Shown here: piece after piece, positions 51,101-64,000 of the stretch
How positions within the stretch are numbered: the stretch's first letter is position 1
Layout of the letters: each line of letters begins with the position of its first letter
Source of the DNA: Balanoglossus misakiensis
Taxonomy: Eukaryota; Animalia; Hemichordata
Assembly: GCA_040954595.2 (NCBI GenBank)
Contig: CM082593.2
Span: 1,250,901-1,314,900 of the forward strand
DNA: 64,000 nucleotides
Reading direction: 5' to 3'
Made by a program: the position numbers and the translations under genes
The notes under the pieces: model-generated
Databases searched by the model: none
Told to the model about the DNA's origin: nothing
Seen by the model: the letters and a program-made list of their open reading frames with translations, nothing else

Positions 51101-54100
51101 AGCTGACGAGTGTAAGTTAACAAATGACCCAGAGGGAAATTGAAAAAATATATGGTTCTAATTTTAGACTCTCTTTTGGTATACTCAGAATATTTTAAAA
51201 TCCCTTTCTTACACTCTTACCGGTATGTGAAGGTCAAACTTGGACTTAAATGTAAACCAGGTATTATATTAGTAGAAGTTTCGTCGGCTATGTAGCCTTA
51301 AACGTAGTTGTTAGCAGATTGTCATGCATATACTTAATTGAAATATTTAACCAATATTAAATTGTAGTCTAAATGATCTGAATGAAAAGTGATTTGAAGA
51401 AAACTGATTTTTCTTACAATTATCAGGAAGTCGCGAGACTTTGACTAATAATTTGAAAAGCAAATGTAATACACATACAATTAATAAACCAATTGTTACT
51501 GTCGATCAACACGCATCCCTGCATTAAATAGCTTAGAAGCTGAAAGATGATTCCAAACATTATGTTACAGAGACTGGCAGTTCCATGTTTACGATCTCAA
51601 TTTGCAGAGATGTGTCTTGTGCCTTGAGTAAACAGAAAGGTGGCACCCGCAAGCTGTAAAAGGAACACCAAAGGTTATGACGTGTGATTCAGTCAGTACC
51701 CATCGATTTGACACTTTTCTATTCTCAATACACATGTTGCCAGAGACATACAGTATTTGTTTCAAGCCTCCCCAAGCACATGGTGTTTTTCAAGACTCCT
51801 TATTATGTTCTCATATTCTTAAAGTACAATGTAATCCCTAAATCCACGTCTGAGCCTAATCGCGATTCAAAAGGACTACAAATCTCTGGGTATAGCCTTT
51901 GGCTGAAAAGTAATTCTTGCTACAGACACTTGCATCACGGAAACTAAATTATAATTTCATTTTTCAATTAAAACCCTGAACATAGGCGAATTAAACCACT
52001 CGCCATAGCGTCCAAAATACCGAGGCGGATATTAACCTTTTAGTTTAGCGCGACTGCAGCTTGGCAAAACTCTTTCCATTATCTGCGCCTATTAAGCAGT
52101 AATGTGAGCGAGGCAACGTCGCATTCTGGTATTTTTGCCTCCTAGAAAAGATATCAGTGTCTTGGGTGTCTGATTTTGCCTTTCTTAACAACATTTTAGC
52201 ATTCACTACTAAACATTTCGACTTTCTTATCACAAAACTATGTCTTTTGACAAAGCCGTCGCTCTTGCACTTGCACTTATACGCCCAAACTATTTCAGTG
52301 CAAGAGGATATAGCAGCGGTCTACATTTTCGTCACGTTTACTTGCAACGGATTGTCATCTGCCCTTTCTCTTTTAATTCCAGGTGGAACTGGTTTAATTT
52401 AGTGAAGAGGTTTGCACGGCGACTATACCCAGGGGCCTGTGCAAGTTTACTGGTAGTTTATACCTTCACTCCCACCTTATCTTACCATGGTAACTACATG
52501 TATGTTGTATAGTCAGCATCATGTTTCGCCCATTTCATTCCATGTAGTGTCTGAACCTTAATGATTTCAATCGCGATATACGAGTTTTCTGTAGGCCATT
52601 CACTTTCCTGGGGTTGTAACCAACAGAGAGCACTATTAATATGGCGCATTGGTGTATTATATTCTCAAAATTGTCATGCAACATTTTGGTATTAACATTG
52701 AATTGTTTTTGATACTGCTACAAGTAGCAAAACAAGTATTGTGTTATTTAATAATCACACCAGTTGAAATATAGTTTGATTTTAACGTCAGTGGCTGAGA
52801 ATTTTTGACGGGATTATGTGACTTGAATGGCTGTGGTGAATGCAATACCACCCAATTTTCTGTGAAATTACAAGCATGCTTTCAAGTTGAATAGAATATT
52901 TATGCACCAGACACAATTGGCTGAATTCTAATTGAATGTTATAAATGTCAATTTAACAGTCTTTAAGTGTCCGCTTTCTTTGCATGTTGCGGCAATATTG
53001 ACCCCATCTGATCTACATGTCTTTCAATCTCTTGTGTGTTTGTAGATTGTCCAAAAATGTATTTAAAAAGAAGAAAAACAGAAATCGAAAATGTCAGGAG
53101 TTGCGAGCTGCTCACAGCTGCCCTTTTGTCAGTTTTAGAATTTTACTGCATAGCCTGCAGAAAACACAGTCTGTGTTATTATTTATGATCGCTGAATGAA
53201 TTCTCTTTGGTGTTGCAAAATTTACTGCGCCTGTCTTTGAGAGAATACACATACCACAGTATGGTGACCAGGGATTGGTGCAACAGACGGATTCTAATGA
53301 ATAAACGTAAATCAAATGCAATGTGCTAGTTTGCTGTTTTAGTACGCTTAACAGAGTAATAAATTTTCGGACGGGAGAAATTAATGCATGTCATTTTGAT
53401 TAATACGAAAAGAGGGTATGTTCAATAATTTTAATGCATTTTTATGTTGTGTTAAGCAATGGTTTACAAATATTTAGATATCTAAGTGATTGTTGTCTAA
53501 TTTATGACATTTTCGTTTTAAGTTTATTTGAATAATTGATACCCGAAAAAAATACATCTTCTCGATCTCGACTAATTTTCCATTTGGCGCCAATATACCA
53601 TTTACCAGAATGCTATTGGTTGCAGTGGAGATCTTAGAATGCCTATACCCAGTGTTGAATGCATATACGTGATTTTTATTTCATGATAGTTCTTGTCCGA
53701 ACAAGATTTGCATAATTATAGAGTAGCTAATGTCTTGCACGGTCACGTTAAGTATTACCCGTACATTGTGTTGGTGGTGATTATGTTGTGTGCATTATTC
53801 CTGAAGCGAATTATTAGTCTTATCACTGCTGTATTTGTGGCATTCGATTCAATTTTACCTGAAGGTCCATGCATCAGTAACATTATACAGTTTTTTGAGT
53901 GATGTGTGTCAAATCCTTAGGGATGTCTCCCAACGTCAGTCCAACTGCCTAATTTAAGAGGGTGTTAGGGATGGTGGTTAAAACAAGCTGAAGTATAACA
54001 CGTTTTCTTTTTCTCTGTGCTTTTTCATCAAAATCAGAATGTACTGATTGTTTTGATCACTATACGCGGAATACCGGTATGTTTGTTCGATAAGTTGATG

Positions 54101-54608
54101 GCAGGGATACTTTCATTTAAGACATACATGGCTTCATTATATGGATGTACATTGTAGTCAACAGAGTTCGGAGGATGATCCTGGCACGATTTTTGTAACA
54201 TGACATTTCCTGATAATGAATTAAGTTTGTTCTATGCCTAAGTGGGTATCTGTTCTAACAAGTGAAAGAAGCAAAACAGGAACTCAATGTCATGGTTGAA
54301 TTTTAATGGAGCGGGCGGATTAATTCATATCAGCTAAAAACTGTCGGAATGTTAGTAAGTCATGCTGTGCTACAGTCACACGCGAGGATGAGGCCATGTC
54401 GACTTTGCACTGATAGGCGGGCGCATCTTTTTGATCCCGAGGGTCTGCGTCAGTGGGATGGATCCATTGACACTGATTACATGCCTGATAGAATCAAATG
54501 AGTGATTTCTACCGCTGGGTAATATACACATGGCACCCAAATGCTCCTGACCTTGGTAAAGTTGTGTCAGCTTCCATTTCCTTTCTGATCTATCTCTCCT
54601 TTAAAAGG

Positions 54609-54658
54609 ATATCCCTAATATACTTAAGGGAATATATTCCTAATATACTTATGGGAAT
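54609..54658. repeat. 25-nt tandem duplication, each unit weakly self-complementary
   Basis: atatccctaatatacttaagggaat / atattcctaatatacttatgggaat. Confidence 0.85.
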
Positions 54659-55716
54659 GTTCGATTTTAATCGGGGTGGAGCAAAAGGAAGGGGGTGCAA
54701 CGTTAAACTATGTGCCAAGATGTAAGCCAGCTACACCCTTCAAATATTTTTTAGCCTTCGTATAACGTGTGAACAGATCTGAGCTGTACAGAGGTGCGAC
54801 CGTTGAGGGCGTGTCGCGGTGGTCGCTTTGTGTTTAATTACATTCCGAAGACATTCCACTCTACAGTGGTCATGATAAGTCACAGCAATTGTCAGTGATC
54901 AGATGCCGGTACCGTGAAAGAGAACAGAAAGAAAGAACAAGGGATGTGTTAAATGTTCGCCGCAGGGATTGTTTGATTAACAGCACTTTCTGCCGTTAAA
55001 ATTGATTTTAAAAATTCAGAACGTGCAGCAGCTGCATGCATGCCTTACATGTCAATTCCTTCTGGCCATATCCCCCAGAGGGCATTCCTAATTGATTAAT
55101 GATGTTATGTATTGCCACACAAAAAACAATTCATTCAGGATTGTACAAGGGAGAGTGAAATGTTGGTAATATCAAAAATGATAGTGTGATGTAAACAGCA
55201 TTAAAATATAAACGTGCTATACATGTACCCTCGGTGGGACGATTCCGTGACTCGCTTCATATTACATGAAATTATCATATCAAAAAGGCATCTGTGAAAT
55301 ATACTGTCATCAAAATTTGAACACTGGTGGCACTCTATATGTTAAGTATTGTAAGAGAGATTCAGCATAATTTGATAGCTATACACTACACAATAGTCGA
55401 TCAACCCGTACACCCTATTCTTGTGCACAGCGCAGCCAGCGGTAGAATATGTCAGGGGTATCAGAATATACACTTTATCGCACTGAGGGCCTCATCACCC
55501 CTTATACGCCACTCCATATCCCTAACTTCTCCAGCAATCGCACAATCCAAAGCTATAGTCTGGTGGCACTGCAATCATTGACAGGGTCCCATCGGACTTA
55601 CATGTACGTGACAAGAACGACTTATTTTTTTTGCTTTCCCTTGTGGATAGAGGCATAGCAAAACAGATGATTTAACACTGACACTGAAATCTAGATGAAC
55701 TTCATGTCCACGGTGT

Positions 55717-55975
55717 ATGAAACGCGAAACTCCAATGTCAACTAACGCAATATTAAAATTATCATTTAGACTAGAAACTTTTAATCACTCTGGGACTGGA
55801 CACGAATACGTGATGACACACGAGCTGACGTGTGGTAGTCATGTCGACGTCATATGAAGCGTGAAACTGCAATGTCAACCAACGCCACATTCAACATTGA
55901 AATCATCATGTTGACCAGAAAACATGATGTGTTTTGACTGGACAAAGTGAATATGTGACAACACGGGAGTCTGAC
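55717..55975. repeat. Diverged tandem duplication, unit about 137 nt
   Basis: atgaaacgcgaaactccaatgtcaactaacgc...gactggacacgaatacgtgatgacacacgagctgac is repeated as atgaagcgtgaaactgcaatgtcaaccaacgc...gactggacaaagtgaatatgtgacaacacgggagtctgac. Confidence 0.8.
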
Positions 55976-56534
55976 AGCTTCAGTAGATTGATGAGAGCTA
56001 GAGAAAGATGAGTTCTCTGCTGCCCAAAACGGAGTTACTTCCTTCAGGCTTTGAAAGCGATTACTCTATTTCGCGCACATTATAGAAATTACTGGAGCAT
56101 GCTCTGCACAAGTACAAATCGTGCATTAAATGGTGGTTGGAAGCAAGTCTGACTTGGTTTGCGAAAAGTGCTGTCTCATTTGCGGGGTGCATTGTCACAA
56201 ACGATTTTCAATCCCGATTACAAGTCGTAATTTTCATGTTTAATTCGAGATGACTTACAGCATGCCCTTTAAGAGTAATTTTCAAGATTTCGACCGTATA
56301 TGAGGCGCCATTGTTTGATTATTTTACATCAAGGGAGGTATTAGTCCGTGACACGTTACCATGGTACCCACAGGTACCATGGATACACACATGGAGCTTG
56401 TCTGCAAAAGCAATCGTACATCTTACAAATAGATATAGGCCGATCGTATCAATATTTTTTCTGCTGCTTTCAACAAATTTTTACTCGTTGGAAGATTCTC
56501 TTGTAAGGAGAGCAATTTTTCGTCATGGTAGATT

Positions 56535-56605
56535 GCAAATGAATAAATGAATACATAAATAAATTTAAAAAATAAATAAAATAAATAAATAAGAAATGAA
56601 TAAAC
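56535..56605. repeat. (AAAT/GAAT)n low-complexity tract
   Basis: aaatgaataaatgaatacataaataaatttaaaaaataaataaaataaataaataagaaatgaataaa. Confidence 0.75.
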
Positions 56606-59600
56606 CCAACCAAAGTACAAAAGAATAAAATATACAATGTATGAGTAAGCAAACCATTACTTTGATAAAATATTGTCGTTGCATCGGTTGTCAGTAACAG
56701 TCCATTTCACTTAGTCTATAAACATTTTCTATTAAATGCGTACAAATCCCTAAACATTTTCTATGACACTGGTGTATAGGAACGCAGTCAACCTTTAGAC
56801 TATAAAATTCCCCACGAGTGAAAAATCTCCAGACGACCGTGATAAAGATGGCGACAAATTTCCAAATGTCATTTCTGCTTGACTTTATTTCAACATGACA
56901 TTTATCCGTAGGGATCGAATCAAGCGAATCAGCGATGCGTATGAGTTACCAGAAATGTGGTTGAAATCTCGCAAGTGCCCCGCCCAAAGCGTTATATTCC
57001 AGGCAGGCACGTCTGGCACCCAATAGCCTGTGCTGCTAAATGCCTTAGCGTTATTCGAATCTGCCATTGTTTCACTTTTGAGAGAGAGTTTGTTTTTGAA
57101 TGGCTTTTGTTCAGCTTTGTCAAATGAAATAACCATGCACATAACTATGATTTAGAACAACTAGAGCAACAGTATTTTTGTTTCATCTTCTGTCAGTGGT
57201 TTTTACAACAACAACCAGGCCATGACACACATTAAACCAACATAATTGACAACAACAGCATCAATGATTGATCTGGCATTGCAATCATGATTCACATTAT
57301 TAAAAACTTTGACATTTGGATCACAAATAAGCTGAGACACACCGAACAGCAAGGCCGTGTAACCTCCATCATACATGTTATATGAACTTGTATATCTTTC
57401 TTATTAGTTCATGCCAAAGGAATTCCCGTCAATGAAAGTGTCACATACCATTTCTATCATAGCAATCTCATCGGCTAAGGGTCAAACTGTTAACGCTCAT
57501 GGTTTTCCCCTTCGACATCGCCAAATTAGCCGTTTAACTACACTACAGACATGATTGCAAATAAACTTGTCAAACTACGCTGTAATAACCTCGTTGCTGG
57601 GCATGTGCCATATTAAACATCTCACCACCACTGCACGGATATTCGTGATTGCTCGCAAAAAATAGACACGGAGACAAAACTGCATGCTAATATTAAAATG
57701 GCGCCAATTTATGTCAAGGCGCAGGATATATCAAAGTTACGTGAAATAGATTCAGTTAATGGGAATTAATAAGGTAATTTGGTACGAGGCAGACAGGCAC
57801 AGTACAGTGTATCCTGACAAATGAAATATGTTTAAGATTACTGTAGTTGTCTCTTACGGGTGCAACCAAATTTATCCGTAGTTACGGCTGATGATATCGC
57901 CGATGTTATGCGTAAATTATCCCTTCATTAACTGCAATGAGAATTTCATTGCATGTATTGGTTTAGTATTCTCATTCCGTTTCCACTCCATTAAAGTGGG
58001 TAGGTTCGCCCTGAGCAAGTATTATGCAGCTGAGCCCTATGAAGTGAAATGTTTTTGGCGTTTGGTTTTCCTGGCAGCCTTTACGAAGTATGATCTTATT
58101 TTCCAGTACTGTACAGTAGTAACTCCTACGTATAGATACAAAACACATCTACTGATGTACAGTGCATAAAACGAATCACGCAATATGTACAATGATCTAT
58201 CCTTTTAAGCCAAGTACGTATTTACTGGTACTGTAAATTAATTCTTTGATGACGTGAATAATTAATGGCGTTGAAAGATGGATGAAATTAATAATTCAAT
58301 TAGCAAATTCGAATGAGTGAGTGACGAACTGGAGAAAATTTAATAAGGTGAATTAAGTATAAAAAGATTATGAATATATAATTAAGAAAATGAAATTTTA
58401 AAATTAATATTGTAATTATTTATTGATTCTTGTAACAATTAATCCAATAAAGCATGGACTGATGAAAGATTAAATTATTTCTTGTAAGAGCAATTTACTT
58501 TTCGAAGAAACCATGCCGTGTTCATCAAAGAGAAGGTGTTCAAGGGTACTAAAGTGGACAGATACAAATTCATTGTGACAAGGAGAGCACTATTTTTGTC
58601 TAACAAGGTTACCTTGTTTGTCAGTTGAGTCATAATCTGGATGAAACATCCAAAGAGACATTTCAGGGTCTGCAAATGACGTCACTAACTTCAGTCAGCT
58701 GTGGACATGATTGCTGTTGACTGTCAAGACGAGCTCTTTACAAATGCCTTGGAGAGCATTGTGTTTTTGAAAAGAAAAGTTCAAATGGAAGGAGACTTGT
58801 ACAGAAGCAATGGTTTATAGACCGCAGTTGGTCATAACTGGCATCGTGAAATTTGCCGTTTCTATTGTCTATTATCTTTGAAGGCAAGATGTTTAATACA
58901 GAGTAGTACAGAGGCATTACAGTGATCAAAATTCAGAACAAACATGCAATTGCATAGAAAAGCTTCCTAACACTAACAGCACCATTTTGATAAAAACTGA
59001 TTTCCAATGACTCAAGTCAAGAAACATGGATTGACAGAGAGAGAGAGTGAGACTGACAAACAGAAAGGCAGGAAAGAGAAGTTGACAATAATTATGTATA
59101 CAGAAATTAAAGCTGGCTAAAAGACCAAAATGCTCCTTTCTGAAGGTGAGAAAATCCCTCGCGAAAACTTCCAAAGACATAGATGCACCATTCAATAGAC
59201 TGAGCCAATCACAAGCTAAGCCTATACATTTAAATCTGGCTGCATAAATCCGTTTATACATTTGAGTTTGGGTTATAATTCTGTTCGTATTAATCAAGAT
59301 GATAAAGGAAATGTAAAACAGTTAAAGGTTTTTGTTGAGGGCTTATTCTCATTTGAATATCGCCAGTTGCTTCTTTTTGCTGATAGCTACAAATCACCAA
59401 TGTTACACAGGAGACGCAATAATGCTTCAATATCTGGATTAGACTTTTAATCGGGGAATGTTTACCGAGCAGTATAAATGAAAAGATTGCAATCAGTCAA
59501 GCAATACGTTTTATTGAAGTGACAGACTATTTACCTTTAGAGACATGTAATGAAGAAAGAATCATTACAGAAAAAGAATTCATATTCGAAATGTCACTCG

Positions 59601-62192
59601 GCAATGGAAAGACTTTAGTAACCACTGTTTGTTTAAGCTAAGCCAATATCACACACCAACAATGAATTGCTGTGGACTTTTGCTTTTCGTTTTGGCTTGT
59701 CGTTTTAAAAAATGCTGTGGTAAACAATGTTATAAAATCAAAATGTTATTTTATGTCAAAAGTCTAACTGAAGTAACCTTTCACAAAATTAATACGTATT
59801 GTCTGAATTGGTTTGAATTGTCCATTTCCATATTGCAATGGTCATAATTACACATAAACCAAATCTGTGAGTGCCACTACAATGCAAACAAAACCAGCTT
59901 TCACTGGCTGCATTTGTAATATACAGTTCTCGTGGCGATATTTCCTTTGAATACATCTTGATCAATGAAGGCAATAAACTCACGTGAATATGATATTTTC
60001 TAAATGTGTGATAAAGTATTATCATTCGGCAAGTCCAAACATGAATTAAAAATAGAAAATTTGAGGCATCATTTGATGATTAAGATGAATTTTTCAAAAC
60101 AAAATGACTCTGATAGTCATCGCGAAAGTCATATGGAATGAGAGATTCATCTTAGCCTGTACCATCTAAGTTTGTAGTTCAGTGAATTTATGTGAATTGT
60201 TCAGCTAAAAAAAGAACATTTTATAAAATCCACTAATACGCTTTGTTAGGAAAACTATCCGAATGTGTTAAACTAGAAACTGGCTCATTACTCACGAACA
60301 TCTTAAAACGTGTCTCCCTTTCAATTCTAAATGTTCATTAGACATATAGGACGGACACGCTCTTCAGAATAAGTGAAGCGATTACTCAAAGAAACCGAAT
60401 GGGAACTGATGCAGACTGATGATGAGAGTTTAATTGAGGCATTGCGTATATTGCACTACACAGTGTCCTTCGAAGTGTGGAGATAGTCACATACATTGCA
60501 CCCCCCCCCCCCATTTAAAGCTTGTGTTTCAATGGATGTACATGTTTACCGACATACAAGATTTTCACAAAAATCTTTAGAATTACATTTCACTGTGTAT
60601 TCTGGTAACAGATCAACTGGTCTAAACACCATGGATAGCAATGTTTTTCAATCCATATTTCAATTTCTCCATTTCAATGGCTGCTCCTAACACTTATCAC
60701 TAAACGTCACTATATTGGGAATGAATTTAACGTTCACGTGTATAGTTAGAATAGTATACAGAGTTGCGGCATAACAGCAAAGGTACAAACGGATTTATTT
60801 TAATCAGATTGTGATTGAGGTTCGATTTCATAGCAGCTTAACTCAAAGCCTTCAAAGTTCAATGGTAACACCACTCATTATTTTGGATTATACACCTGAC
60901 CGCTATCGAATCAAAATGACAACATTTTAATAAAGTAGAGGTCTCAGATCTTGATTTAGCCCAACACACCGTCGGATTTCAAGTCTATGCACGTTGACGA
61001 AAGCAGTTAAAGACTACCTTTATTTTTTACAAATTTTATCAGTCACTGTGGAAGATTATTCCCACAATATGCTCTGTCAATAACTCAAACTACTCACATT
61101 TAACTACACTGGATTATTTAGACAAAATCATGCCCCATGTCGGCTTCATTGGAGGAGTTCAAGCAATTACAAAAATCGGATATTCAAGTCTGCCAATAAT
61201 ACGCAAACGAGTGTAACTTAAGGAAATCTCCCAAGTCTTGTTTTACAAAACTGCATGTGTTTTTGTCAGAAAAGAAATTGATCTAAAGTATATAGACAGT
61301 GTGATCAAATGTTAGCCGTCTTCATTTGAAATTTCATGATGCCAAGACGCTTACGGAAATCTGCAAAAGATTGCGACTACCATAATTAGTCCTTTATCGC
61401 TTCATCTTTGGAAAATCTAAACTCATTATCGGCTGGATGCCGGCGTAAAATAGGAACACCATTAATTTTTATAATAAGTCACTGTTTCCTGGGGTGTTGG
61501 AAAACGTTAATGGGTATATAGTTACGTCTAGTTTACATTTAGTCAAGCAATTTCCCCAAATCGGTAAATCCACCGCTTCACAGCCAGGAACGCAATATAA
61601 TGCTGCGTAATAATCTTGCAGGCCAATCACCTGTACTCCTCACAAGATAGGTTATGTGACTGACTAATGATGGATGAAGTGTATTATTAGTTTCACCATT
61701 ATCATTAGGGACCCGGATGTAAAGGGTGCTTAAATTTGCATACCCTGCATGCTGTACAACATCATGTCACATGACACACGCGTTGATGTCAGGGGCAGTT
61801 AGTAAAAGCTGACCTACACTATATGTCGAACCCTTATGCGATTTTATTACGTTATATATAGTTCCAACATGTAAAGGTCAAATGTTTTGAAATTCAGAGC
61901 ACAGACCCAGACACCAGTTCAGTGGAAATTACAAAATAATTAAAACAGGCATACAGCTAATTGATAATGCAAGAAGCTCGTAACGTTTGAGACTTATCAC
62001 ACCGCGGGCAATAAATACTCTAGTCTTAGACTGGCGACACGGAGGAAACATTAATCGCGTCATGTGTTTTTGATCATCACACAAAAAGACTCAGCCCTGA
62101 TAAACACGCAGTGATGTCCGGAAATACCCAACCGAATATGCTATTTGCGCCGTATCAAATCTTTTCATTACATCATTTCAAAATTGAACAAT

Positions 62193-62412
62193 TACATGTA
62201 TGTATGGAATGTATTTTACATACCGGTATGCACGCACAAACACATTCAACTACCCACCCACCCCAACCCACCGTGCTTACATACATACATACCCACATGT
62301 ATGTATATGAATGTACCGGTATGTATGTATGTATGTAAGTATGTATGTATGTACGTATGTATGTAATTGTATGTATGTATATGCATGCATGCATGCATGT
62401 ACATACATGTAC
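62193..62412. repeat. Compound (TGTA)n/(TACA)n/(TGCA)n microsatellite region
   Basis: Runs of tatg, cata and catg in both orientations; these generate the spurious ORFs at 62111-62394. Confidence 0.9.
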
Positions 62413-64000
62413 AACTACTACAAATGTAAAAATGCGTAAAAGCCAGGAATAAAGCTTAAACCATATAGAGGTTTAAGTCTGTTACTTGAAATTGCACTTT
62501 GAAAGTTACTCACGTTGTCGCCATATTGTCCAATTCGTACTGGATTATTGCGGCAGAGTTTTGAACACCACTAATCACAACCATCCAAGCAGCCGGCCCT
62601 GAGATTCAAACAGTAGGCGGAAAACTCTGACAAAAGTGGGCTTAGATTCCAATCTTCTTCCTGAAAGATTTAGAGATAACGTCGGCGTTTAATAGTATTT
62701 ATTAGTAATGCAGGCTTGAATTTCGTCTTCGTCGGCCGCTCTGAAAAGCAACCTTGCCAGAGGTAAAAATGTAATTGTGAAGAAACTGAAATCAGTTTTA
62801 AGAATAATTGAAAAGTGGTAATCTAAAACTCAACCTTACTAGAATCAATATTGAAAAGAATTAAAAGAAAATTCACATTAATGTATAACAAAACCCATAA
62901 CAAATATGACAAGATAAATGTGAGATGATCGTTTGTGATATCAATCTAATATAAATTAAAATTATGCAATATTCATTTTGATACATGTTTTCAACATGCT
63001 TAAAAGTAACCTGCTCATCAAATAAACATCATAAAAGAAAAATCCCTATATTTCAAAAGGAGAAGTTTGAATATGAAACCAAGGTGATAATATCAATCAG
63101 AGCTTCAATTAAATTGTACATACATCTTTACTAACACAATATAGCTTGTAATACTGCAACATCATTATTGTATTACAAAAACGTCATTTTGAATTTTATA
63201 TGGCACAACATTCAGGTCATCGTATATCCCCACAGATGTAAAAAGTAACAAAGGGTGTTACTTGAGGAGACTTTGGAGTGTTTGATAAACGGAAGAAAAA
63301 CGCCATTTATTAAAAATATACGCCATCGATTTGGATCAGGGTGTTATTGAGTGGAAAAGGAGACACAAACGCAAAGAGGGTAATTTGTCATGCCCACTAA
63401 GCAAGCAGAAACCAGAACGATAGGTAAAAGAAGATCCCCACTAAGATACAGTGTGACGATATTAGTATTTGTTCAATCATTCAGGATATAGATTGCAAAC
63501 TTATTTGAAAGCAGTGATAATGGATGGAATGTCAACTTTCATGGGATGTCGCATTTTATACATAGCAACGCGCAAGCACATTCATACATTTCCTCCAAAT
63601 ATACATTATAAAGCGACAGTCCCAGTATTATTAAGAAAAGGTTTTAGAGACAATTATATCTGCTGTAAGACAAATGTTAACTTGGTCCGTTTAATAATAT
63701 CGTTTCCTTTCACAGGAGATATTTTAATTGTGTTTACTGCTGGCAATCATGAAATATTGAACATCAGATGATATAAGGTTATATATCAGATATCATCAGT
63801 CTCTGACACTGAAAGCAGTATGTTTTGAATTATATGCATTGTTGTTGTTGCTATTTTTGGATAAGGAAATGCAAAAACAACTGAAGGCAAATTACTGAAG
63901 CTTTTATACCAAAAGCGTTGATCACAACACCAAAGAGATGCAGTGGAAAGCAACTTGAAACATGCAGCAACTTTTCCTATTTAGCTTGGGGCGTCTCGCA

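Noticed and set aside
52410-52455. Hairpin followed by CTGG-T as a Helitron 3' end
   Set aside because: Bulged stem, atypical spacing, and no 5' TC end or other copies.
62111-62394. Three overlapping 73-75 aa ORFs
   Set aside because: Products of the TGTA/CATA microsatellite.
1-64000. CRISPR arrays, operons or other prokaryotic systems
   Set aside because: The sequence is spliceosomal-intron eukaryotic DNA; the direct repeats are two-copy duplications without a repeat-spacer architecture.

Overview
AT-rich, intron-containing animal genomic DNA. A marine invertebrate deuterostome (hemichordate/echinoderm-like) is plausible but is inference only. Four spliced genes can be assembled by hand with GT-AG introns and consistent phases. 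(A) A 3'-partial orphan class-A GPCR on the minus strand (coding exons 2532-2184, 1391-1170, 371-208; continues left of the window), with IRY in place of DRY. (B) A complete 165-aa single-domain cyclophilin on the plus strand (6787-11063, 5 exons); its active site is intact but its surface is unusually acidic. (C) and (D) Two paralogous 4-exon neuropeptide-type GPCRs of the tachykinin/luqin-RYamide/GPR83-like group, arranged head-to-head about 17 kb apart: minus 17652-13248 (382 aa) and plus 34586-45113 (406 aa). The remainder is intronic or intergenic. It carries degenerate TTAA-flanked non-autonomous DNA-transposon copies (Kolobok-like termini), short tandem duplications, microsatellites and a few clear motifs (CTCF, RFX X-box, NRF1-like). 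No gene can be supported from about 45.2 kb to the end. Most entries in the ORF track are spurious.
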